Assembly: GCA_965637545.1 (NCBI GenBank)
Contig: OZ281496.1
Location: 3,348,001 to 3,412,000 of the forward strand
Length of the DNA stretch: 64,000 nucleotides
Source of the DNA: Phallusia mammillata
Lineage: Eukaryota
Reading direction: 5' to 3'
A model generated the notes under the pieces. That model saw only the letters and a list, made by a program, of their open reading frames with translations. It ran no database searches and was not told where the DNA came from. Below, piece by piece: positions 1 through 10,202 of the stretch (position 1 is its first letter; each line of letters begins with the position of its first letter). Made by a program: the position numbers and the translations under genes.

Positions 1-504
1 AACATGCAGACGCACAAGAAACAAAATCAATACATTGGCCACTCATGTCACACTTTGACGCACAACTTCCAGGATGTGACGTAAAACCTTCTCAAAATGA
101 AGTGCAAATATGGTATCGTACTTTCATCAGACGCTCTTATCGGATAAGCTGTACATTTTGCATAGCTTGATTACTTAAATTTTGCGATTTTTATTTCAGA
201 CGGAAAGTTTGAAAGCCACGCATCATGATATTAATAGCTACTTGTTGAAAGAAACATATATTGATTGAATATTATTTGATACATGCCTTATAGTTCAAAA
301 ACATACCGTTCTACGTGCAATGAGAGTTTATTCTTTACATCCCCTAACCACATTTATGACAGAAGCTTTTCCAAATCGTAATTAGGTTAATACAATAAGG
401 TGTATTACAATTTCATCCATCTGCATTGGAAAAGACCAACAGTATTCTAAACCTTTGGCAAATAAACGCAAAAGCATAGTTTTTTATGTACATTTAGGCA
501 AGCA

Positions 505-3500
505 TTAGTTCTCATGAGGCTGGTTTTGTTCTGTTTGCAACTGATTATCCGGGTTTCGACCATCATCGCCATCTATTTGTGATGGTTCTTCTGCTGGGGG
601 TGCACCAGGGTCGAAGTTGTCAAATGCAACTCGGGCTGAAATGATGATTGTTTGGTTACATAAAAAATAGTGTCCAACTACGACATCAATATTTTTCAAA
701 GTAAATCTACTCACATTGGTTTACAGGTGGCGGTGGTGGAATGTTTGGATTAAATTCTCTCATCTTAACTTTATCGAAAATCTATACAAAATAATTTTGA
801 GCTTAACTTGTTGTCAAAGATATTTAACAGTTTTGATTTTGTAAGTTTGTTCGTGCTGAATATTAACTTATTAACTCGAACTCAAAAACACATTTCAAAC
901 AAAGTTGATGCCATGAAGTTAAATTTCCTGTAATGCGTAATGCAGTCCTCATTTTTGACTAAAAATTATTTTGAAAAATACATTGTAATTTAATCATCAA
1001 CGCAAGTGCAAGGAACTGGTGTATATAGAATACATTGCGAAGACGTTTCAACAACCTCTCTTTTCATCTGACGAGCAGGGTTGGAACTTCTTGTTTGCAA
1101 GAATGTCCATCAATTTCGAAACATAGTCAGTACGATTCATTAAAACTACTTCGTTTACTGATGACAATACTCTTGTCCGCTTGCAGTAAGTGCAGGGCAT
1201 CCCGTTCTTCATCAGACAAAGCAGCTGCTTTCGCTCACGAAAGAAATAACCTATGTACCGACTGTACAGACTCATCAGCTTTTGTTTCAAGAGAAATCGA
1301 TTTGCATGATTGAGATGTAGATGCAGTTGGAGATAAATATATTCAAATTCTGCTCTAATTTGAAGTACCATGATTGTAGTTGGTACCCGCACTGATGATG
1401 ACAACAGAGATTGTTAAAACGTCTGCGTGATGTATTCTATATACACCAGTACCTTGGCACTTGGGTTTGTGATTAAATTACTTTTCAAGTCCGTATGTAG
1501 AGTTCCTAAGTATATTGTATTATTTTACTAAATACTACTTTTATTATTCTTACTTGGGGTGGCTGAACTGCTGCAGAGCCCCGTCTCTATGAAACAAAAT
1601 AACATCAATATTGAAAACGGAAGTTTATAGTTCACTTACGACGACTTTGCAATCCAACTCGAAAGTATTTTCGCAGTCACGCAGTCACGCAGTCACGCAG
1701 TCACGCAGTCACGCAGTCACGCAGTCACGCAGTCACGCAGTCACGCAGTCACGCAGTCACGCAGTCACGCAGTCACGCAGTCACGCAGTCACGCAGTCAC
1801 GCAGTCACGCAGTCACGCAGTCACGCAGTCACGCAGTCACGCAGTCACGCAGTCACGCAGTCACGCAGTCACGCAGTTACTTGGTATGGCTGAACAGGTG
1901 GACAAGGCAGATGCTGTGAAACAAAAGATCAACAAAATTGCAAAACAATTGGTATATAATAGTGACGTATGCCAATATGTTTTGTCAATAAATGCAATAC
2001 ATTAATTCGCTCGTTGATATATAGCATGTCGAAACGAGATGTTATATCTTAAAAAGGGGTATAGCATATGTAGCACACCTTTCATTAGAAACTGCTAGCC
2101 TGCAAGTATTACATAATATTTCAAAGACGGTCTGAAAAAATCGAACCTAAAGATATTATTTGCTGACACCAGTTCATTTCAGTAAATAAATGTTTATCTT
2201 ACTAATTATCTAACCTGTGTCGCTAAATGTTGTATATATTCTGATGAGATTTGATGCTCATTGCCATCCAATTGCCCTGGTTGGTCTGGGATTCCGTTGG
2301 GGTCAAAGTTGTCAAATGCTGTCACCGAAAATGATGTAGTATATTTAGATACAACAATATGCAATATCACAAAATCATGCAACTAATCGAAATCTCTGGC
2401 AAATTCACAATAAATGTCATGTCCGTATTTGTAGATGTTCACCACATTTAAGTATTATGTACCATCAGGTCGGTTTTGTTCTGGTTGCAGATGGTTGTTT
2501 GGGTTTTTATTCGTATTAACATCCATTTGAGCTGGTTCATTTGCTGGTGGTCCGAAAGGTGGGGGCGGTATGACTGATTCCTCTTTATATGCAAACTTAT
2601 AAACAAAACGTATTTCTTTTTTAACATTTTTTGCCCAATTAGCAACTATTTAGTTTGCTAGAACCCGTATTTGTTACGAATTGCAAATAAATTTATAGTT
2701 TAATGATGAAAATAACGGCCAAATAAACGTCAAATAGTGACATGCTTTTTTACAGCAATAAGTGTGTAACTCATGTGGCCTTCATATCGCTGATGATAGC
2801 ATGAGCATTTACCGAAACGTTTGAACACTTAAGCATGTTGTTTTTTACGTTTATTAAGACCGTTATTTTCACAATATAATAGGGTTGCCATATTTTATGA
2901 AATACAATCCCTGACAAAATTCTCAGTTGCGTGAACCCAGTTTTTCTCAAACTTTAAGTCTAAATGGGTTGACGTACGTCTGAGTGTGTATTTCAGAAAA
3001 ACGAAAGTTGATTGCAGGATTTTAGCTAGTTATACAAAATTGCGCATAACAAGGATCCAAATCTGACATCACAGACAGAACAAAAAACATTACAATTGTG
3101 CGCGAACAATTGCATTTTGTTAGTTGTCAATTGTCATGCAATAAAGCCTGTTGTTTAACAATGGGGACGGTCGATTCTCACTTGAACTTTGATTTCAACT
3201 TATCCAGTTGCACAAACTGACGCCAAATAAGGTTATAGAATTACTTCCACCTTTTCGAGGTCCCCGCAAAATGCCCTAAAGGACCGCGGACCCCAGTCTG
3301 AGAACCGCTGCGTTGATCATTTTTGCGATCCAAACACTTCTATTCCGGAATAAATTAGAATATTGGGAAGTCACACGGACAGCGACAAGAGAAAACGTTA
3401 CATACGATACTCTGATCCTTGTCAATTAACTTTCTGCTCGCGCTTCTGTTTAGTCAAGTTTTTTTTAACCAAAAAAATTAAACGATGGGAGTCACAAGAA

Positions 3501-4498
3501 GCATTTTAAATTTGAAGAAAAATGCCACTGTAAAAATGTTCCACTGCAAAAATTCCACTGTAAAAATGACTTTTAGTTGTTTGTTAGTTCCCTGCATATT
3601 AGGTACACAGTTAAAAATGAAATTTTCCACGTTCTCATGTAGCTTCGAATGCTGTGTTTTCTTGAAACGCGGATTTTTATTTGTGTATTTAACGCGTATT
3701 GTTAAACATCTAGTAACAAACAGGTATTGTTACGCGCGCACACACATTAAACAGTAACAGGTACATTAACCTACGCGCCGCCAGTTTACCTCTTATCGTT
3801 TCATGGTATGGACGCGGTTGTAGCTATCTACTAGAAACTTTATCCGTTGGTACATTAATTTTATAATATATACAAATATTTTTTCTTGAATTCCGGACTT
3901 TTAAGTACATTTTACCATTTCTCCCTGACACAGATTTAAACACTAAATTCCCGGACATGTCAGGGAAAATCCGGACGAATGGCAACCCTACAATATAACT
4001 TATGAACAGTTCTCTATATAGTGTTCTAAAATTCATAGTTATATTTTAAATTATGAAAGGATTATGAATGAAATAGTTCTTGCCTGTACATAATTACCTT
4101 GGACATGTATAGCAATGTATTACCACATCTGAAAGTTGTACCGTTGGGATATGCATTGCCTGGTGCCCGTGGTGCTGGCATTGCTTGTAAATATGACTGC
4201 GATGGCAATGGCGGTGGTGTTGGTATTGGTTGTGAATATAATGGAGGTGGTGATGGCTGTAGATGTAGTGGAGAAGTCAGATTCTGAAAAACATTGGATT
4301 TAAAACAATTCGATTCTAAGAACAAAAGCAAAACTGATACACATGACAGCGCTGACAAACTGTGATGTTTATATTAAACTACTTTAAAGATCCATAAACA
4401 CATGTTACCACTTAGCACGATAAACACATGTTTCATTTCGCATTAATCGTACTTACTTCATTTGTATGTGGTGAATGCTTCATTTCTTCATGTGACAT
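505..4498 (-). CDS. Small Pro/Gln-rich disordered protein, family member 1 (8 coding exons, 223 aa predicted)
   Basis: Exons 4457-4498, 4142-4283, 2463-2582, 2215-2318, 1881-1913, 1554-1586, 715-781, 505-635. All are GT-AG with consistent phases (0,1,1,0,0,0,1) and give one open frame: [32 protein letters not shown]...[43 protein letters not shown]. The last exons are conserved in paralogues at 5906-6180 and 42671-42942. Confidence 0.7.
988..1510 (-). mobile_element. Penelope-like retroelement fragment enclosed by imperfect inverted repeats
   Basis: Minus-strand frames give [19 protein letters not shown] and [22 protein letters not shown], resembling the region just upstream of the RT core in Penelope-like elements. 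About 80-bp inverted repeats at about 986-1068 and 1397-1481. Absent from the paralogous intron near 6380. Confidence 0.6.
1672..1876. repeat. Perfect octamer microsatellite (CGCAGTCA)x~25
   Basis: Directly visible; intronic, abutting the donor site of gene 1 exon 5. Confidence 0.99.
2880..3990. mobile_element. Non-autonomous hAT (Tip100-like) DNA transposon
   Basis: TIRs TAGGGTTGCCA...TGGCAACCCTA; 8-bp TSD CAATATAA at 2872-2879 and 3991-3998; lies in gene 1 intron 2. Confidence 0.9.
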
Positions 4499-5905
4499 TG
4501 TTGTATTCAAAGCTTTTTCGATGAATCAAATCAGACAAGAATGTTTAGATTTTAAACAATTTGCTAGAAACTCACTCATGTAAACTATAACACAATATAA
4601 TTGTTTTTTTGAATAAATTTTGCATAGAAAACGTTTAAGTTTTGTTTTAGAACGATTCAAGCAAATCGGTAGGAAAAGTTCTGTTCGTTGTGTAACAAAG
4701 TCCGCTGAAAAGTGAAAGAATGAATTTACTGCGCAATATGTATTGTTTCCCTAATACTTACGTTTACACAAAGTGACTTGTCAAGTCACTGATGATAAAA
4801 CAGTCAGATGTAGAATAAAAAAGTCTTCAATTCTCAGGTAACGTTTAAACACAATTGGAAATGGTTTGAAAGTTTTTTTTATCTTTGGCAAAAAAGTCAC
4901 ATGTTTAATTATATATATCGTCTTCTTTTATCCAACTTCGAACACATTCACCCACTGTGTACAAAGGGTGTCATATTTGAATTATATACTTGCTTTAGTA
5001 TTGCAAATGATTTGATTGTTATCTTCTAAACCTTGTTAAATATCTAAAACCCCTAGTTTATAGCACTTTGCAGATTGGTCCATATTGATCTTGTGTCTAA
5101 AAAATGTCCATGATGTCGTATTTAGTGTTATAAACAACTTAGACAAATCGAATTTTCGAAGTTTCAATGTCAGCAATTATGCTGTTTAAATCCTGTGCCC
5201 TTCAAGGACTGTCTGTATACATGTAATAGCTTTTAACATTAGGATAATAAAATATTCGTTTACATTTTCTATAACTGCTGTATATGTTAGTATATCTTGA
5301 ACTTCACAAAAGCACATTTATTTTCTGCCTGGTAACAGTAGAACTGATAATTTGCACAAATAGAAGTGCAGACAAGTGCTGTAGAAGATTTAACCTCGAG
5401 AAACATGCAGCCACACAAGAAACAAAATCAAAACATTGGCCACGTCATGTCACACTTTGACGCGCAACTTCCAGGATGTGACGTAAAACCTTCTCAAAAT
5501 GAAGTGAAAATATGGTATCGTACTTTCAACAGTCGCTCTTATCGGATAAGCTGTACATTTTTTAGCTTGATTACTTAAATTTTGCGATTTTTAATTCAGA
5601 CAATTCGTTTAAAAGCCACGCATCAAGATATTAATAGCTACTTGTTGGAAGAAACATATATTGATTGAATATTATATAGATACATGCCTTATAGTTCAAA
5701 AACATACAGTTCTACGTACAATGAGAGTTTAATCTTCACATCCCCTAACCACATTTATGACAGAAGCTTTTCCAAATCGTAATTAGTCCAATACAATAAA
5801 GTGTATTACAAATTCATCCATCTGCATTGGAAAGGACCAACAATATTCTAAACCTATGGCAAATAAACGCAAAAGCATAATTTTTAATGTACATTTAGGC
5901 AAACA

Positions 5906-6757
5906 TTAGTTGCTACGAGGCTGGTTTTGTTCTGGTTGCAACTGATTAACCGGGTTTTGACTTTCATCGCCATTCATTTGTGATGGTTCTTCTGCTGGGG
6001 TTCCATTAGGATCGAAGTTGTCAAATGCAACTCGGGCTGAAATGATTGTTTGGTGACATAAAAAAATAGTGTCCAACTACGACATCAACATTTTTCAAGG
6101 CACATCTACTTACATTGGTTCACAGGTGGCGGTGGTGGAATGTTTGGATTAAATTCTCTCATCTTAACTTTATCGAAAATCTGTACAAACTAATTTTGAG
6201 CTTAACTTGGTGTCAAAGATATTTAACAGTTTTGATTTAGTTTGTTTGTACCTGCTAAATATTAGGTTATTAAATGGGATTCAAAAACACATTTCAAACA
6301 AAGTTGGTGGCATTATAGTTAAATTTTCGGAAGTAATGCGGTCTCCATTTTTGACTAAAATTTATTTAGAAGAATATATTGTAGTAAATACTATTTTTAT
6401 TATTCTTACTTGGCGTGGCTGAACTGCTGGACAACCCACCATCTAGAAAACAAAAGGGCAACAAAATTGCAAANNNNNNNNNNNNNNNNNNNNNNNNNNN
6501 NNNNNNNNNNNNNNNNNNNNNNNNNNNNNNNNNNNNNNNNNNNNNNNNNNNNNNNNNNNNNNNNNNNNNNNNNNNNNNNNNNNNNNNNNNNNNNNNNNNN
6601 NNNNNNNNNNNNNNNNNNNNNNNNNNNNNNNNNNNNNNNNNNNNNNNNNNNNNNNNNAAACACCCATTCACGAACTCACCGGCTCACGAAATCCACCACG
6701 CACCACGTCCTCTTTTTGCTTATCATCGCACTTCTGCTTCGAAATGCATTTACCCAT
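5906..6757 (-). CDS. Small disordered protein, family member 2, with N-terminal acylation-like motif MGKCISK
   Basis: Exons 6680-6757 (MGKCISKQKCDDKQKEDVVRGGFREP, donor GTGAGT), 6410-6442 (MVGCPAVQPRQ), 6114-6180 and 5906-6036 ([20 protein letters not shown]...QPRSN*). Phases are consistent. An assembly gap lies in intron 1 and could hide exons. Confidence 0.65.
6474..6657. other. Assembly gap (184 N)
   Basis: Run of N. Confidence 1.
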
Positions 6758-7149
6758 TTTGTATAAAGGTCCTACTTTTTTACATTAACACTTTTATTAA
6801 AAGTTACTAATTTACTATTTTTACTTAAACTTTTTCACTGGAAAATTGTAAACATTGTTGTGCATTTTAAACCGTTTTTTTTTTGCAATCAGCACATCAG
6901 AATCTATTTTATAATCACAAAATGATAGCAATGAAACAGTTAAATTCCCAATCGCTGCATGCTTGTCTGTGTACATATAATAGCTTTTGACATCAGCTGT
7001 AAATATGTTGATTTAACATATATCGGATAAACAACTTGTTAGAAGAAACATATTTGTTGTAAAATCAAAACAGCCTTATAATAAGAGTATGACATAAAAG
7101 AATTATTATCATAATTTTGTTATATCCTAAAGGTAACTTTTTCGACATT

Positions 7150-7607
7150 ATAAAAAACTCATCACTCCGGTCTTCACAGTCGTCAACTCCGTTGCATTGT
7201 TTACTTTTTGGCAGACAGCTGTTATGTAAATTGCCATCACTGCAGTTGATTGTTTTGTAACAATCACATTCGAACTTACTAGCTGGACAAGAGCAGTTAA
7301 ATTCATCACTGCCATCCAAACAGTCCATCTCTTTATTGCATACGCGATTGTCTGGTATACAGCTACGTTTGCCTTTACAAGTAGTGTTGAAACAGTCACA
7401 CTGAAACCAGCCTTCTTGACAAACATGATTACATTCGTCGTACCAATCTTCACAGTCATTCGACCAGTTGTTTACCCTGGACATCTTTAATGCATCCTGG
7501 TTGTTTACACCGACCAAACTTGTGACATTCACATTCGAACATTGAAGAAGGACAGGTGCAGTTGGGACCGCGGTAAGGTTTCTCGCAGACCGAAAGATTT
7601 TCAGGTT
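7150..7607 (-). pseudogene. Inverted, truncated copy of the LDLa-receptor exon 2 (about 3 Cys-rich modules)
   Basis: Homologous to 11563-12010. The acceptor reads TACGG instead of CAG; a 1-nt insertion (TGCATTAAAG vs TGCATAAAG) shifts the frame; homology ends after the third module. Confidence 0.85.
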
Positions 7608-9004
7608 CCGTAATTCGAAAACAGCAAATAATACTAAACACAATTTTTGTGTTTAAAAAAATAAGCTTTATATTCACTTACTGAATTATCAAGCAATAAC
7701 TTTTTGTTTGTTGCAACCAAATTAAATAGAAATTTATTCACATTAGTTGTTGCGGTATATTTTATATATATAGGCATTGATTAAATTTAGCTTATTAATG
7801 CGCAATCAGTTTGCAGGCAGAATTTAATGAGAAGTCAATTGATTAATGCGTCTTTGGCGTTTAATTACGCTCACGTTTTTTGTAAGGGGCTTTCCCTCAA
7901 ACCATAGGCGTTAGCTACGCATACGGACTGCCAAGCTAATTATCAAACTCATTCAAGTGATCATAAAAAGTTTAATGTATCTCTTAATAATGCTGAATCA
8001 GGCTGATTTGTTTAAATGATGTTGATTATTTAAAACTAGAAAAAACTTTTATTGCTTTGTTTTGTGTATATAAGTTATGTTTATCATTTACTACGCAGTA
8101 CAAAAATATCAGATTAAAAAGAATCATTCCTATACACGAAAACTGAAATTTGGTGCATTTGCAAGTTAGTATCCAACTTTACGTTTGGATATACATCTAG
8201 ATTCATGAAGTATCATAGTTTGGTCTGTACTAAATTTGATAACTTTAACACTTAACGTAAATACGTTTTGAATTTTTACTACACTACCTACGTTGGCACT
8301 GCTAAGCCACAGTTTTATTTTGCCGTTTTTTTGCGTTTTTGAGCGGAAAACATTTTCCTTAATTTACCTAAAATATGATTTTTTGCCTGAAGCATTTTGA
8401 TTAAAATCTTTCCTGATTTAACTGAATAGAATCATAGTATAAATTTACCTTAATACAATACCAATCTGCCTGTCCGTAACCTATGTGATTTTGAATTAAA
8501 TATTCCACTAATCGCAGCTGTTTGAAACTCCTTCCAACGCAATATTTTTGCACGCCCATTTAACTTTCATGCCAGTTTCCGGTTCGTGACGAATTAGGGG
8601 TCATTGCGTCACAGCGTGTCAAGAGAATCAGTGCTGGATTAACCATTAGGCCAAGTAGGCACATGCCTACAGGCCAATCAAAAATCCAGGCCACTTTCTT
8701 GTGATAATGATTTGGCAACACCGATAATTCTATTTCTTAGTTGGCAACCCTGATTTTCAGGCCACTTATAAAATGTGCCTAAAAGCCAGCAGACCTTGAA
8801 GAGAATGGCTTCACAAAAAAAGCGCGGATCACTGAAAAACTCGCTCGCGATTTTATTTCATCATCGCTATGCTCACATTGTAACACAATATCAATGTAAA
8901 TTGCCTAGTTAAGACAGACTACAAGGCAAAGTAAGTTTAGCCAGAGGCGGTTGAGCAAAAAAATGTGAAGCGATGCTTTGGTTGATACCAACTAAGGCTT
9001 TTGT

Positions 9005-9290
9005 TTAAAGCACGACTTTGTATGCTTTAAAGTGCGTTTTAACAAGCTTCATGCAGTTAACAATGACGCTTGTTACATGCACGACTGTGCACTCATAAAT
9101 TGGGTTCCCTAACAATCTTCTTGCAGTCAACATATGCCTTTGTTTTATGCGCAACTTTGAACGCTTAAAAGCGCGTTTTAACGAGGCGTTTATGTTATGC
9201 ACGACTTTGCAAGTCTAAAGCGAATTTTCTAACGGGTTTAGTGCAGTCAATCTTCAGTCCTTTTATGTGCAACGTTAACTCGAACGGTTG
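9005..9290. repeat. Degenerate minisatellite with about 50-70 bp units
   Basis: Recurring ATGCACGACTTTG-like (9010, 9077, 9148, 9197) and TGCAGTCAA-like (9052, 9122, 9242) motifs. Confidence 0.5.
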
Positions 9291-10202
9291 AAGCAGGATT
9301 ATATCATAACTGTCAATCATAGCGTGCATTTTGTCTGTCTGCCGTTCGCTCAAGCGCGTCAGACACCCGTCGCGACTGACGTGCATTTCTCTTCACTGCG
9401 AGTCATAGTTAATGACGTAAAACTTTTTTCTCACTTGAGGCGGCGGCGTGTTTACAATATCCCCTGATAGATTTATTTATCATGCTGTTGTTGTTCTTAC
9501 CTCAATCGTATATACTGCTGCTGTTCTTGTGATTTGTTATTATTGTATTTTATTTGTAGTGCATGGTTTAAAATATGTGATATATGACAATGTAAAGTAT
9601 ATGGTAACTGACCTATGTGACTTTGCGTTATAAGGTAATGATTTTGTGTTGAACGAAATACCCGAGTCGTTCATGGCCTCAGGTTGTTTAGGCAATAAGA
9701 GCAAGTCAAAAACAAATTGGTAGAGCCAAGTTTGTAATTGAATATTGAATGGTAAAACTAAGGCAGTATGATTCAATATAAAGTCAAATAAGTCAACTTA
9801 TTTGCTGTTTTAAGACACCACAAGCAGCAATAGACCAGACTTGGGTTAGTTTGTTGATTCAGTAGCCACCAACAGTAATGCAACTTAAACGTGGCCAGAC
9901 ATAGCGTGATTCTACGTAAAGCCGAAATGGAAAACTTACAAGTCACGTTCGCTCTCACTTCTGTCGTCAGTGCGAAACAGTAGGTTATTTACGTTACACA
10001 TTCCAGTTTGTTGGGCCTTACAGTTTGCAGCTAACTTTGTATTGTATTCAAGCATCGCTGTTAAGTTTATCTGGTTTGCAAGTTTTTGCTTTAAAATATT
10101 GTTAGGATACTTGTCTGTTTTTACCGACAACTATATAAACATTATTAGTGCATTGGTATTAGGAAAGTGTGCTAAATACCGTATTTTTCAGGTGTCACAG
10201 CA

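Larger units (their letters stand above)
1..6375. repeat. Tandem segmental duplication, offset about 5401 bp (1-985 matches 5402-6375)
   Basis: Near-colinear match from aacatgcagacgcacaagaaacaaaatcaa (1) and aacatgcagccacacaagaaacaaaatcaa (5402) through the last two exons of genes 1 and 2. Confidence 0.95.

Noticed and set aside
1672-1876. CRISPR-like array
   Set aside because: No spacers, no cas genes, eukaryotic context.
1611-1919. ORF with SRSHAVTQ repeats
   Set aside because: Translation artefact of the octamer microsatellite, antisense to gene 1.
3780-3835. Possible extra exon of gene 1
   Set aside because: Lies inside the TSD-bounded hAT element; exons 2 and 3 already join in phase.
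6366-6810. Several ORFs spanning X runs
   Set aside because: They are open only because of the N gap.
9448-9633. Hydrophobic ORF as first exon of the receptor
   Set aside because: The exon at 10203-10302 gives a better signal peptide with the right phase; this ORF is AT-rich low complexity.
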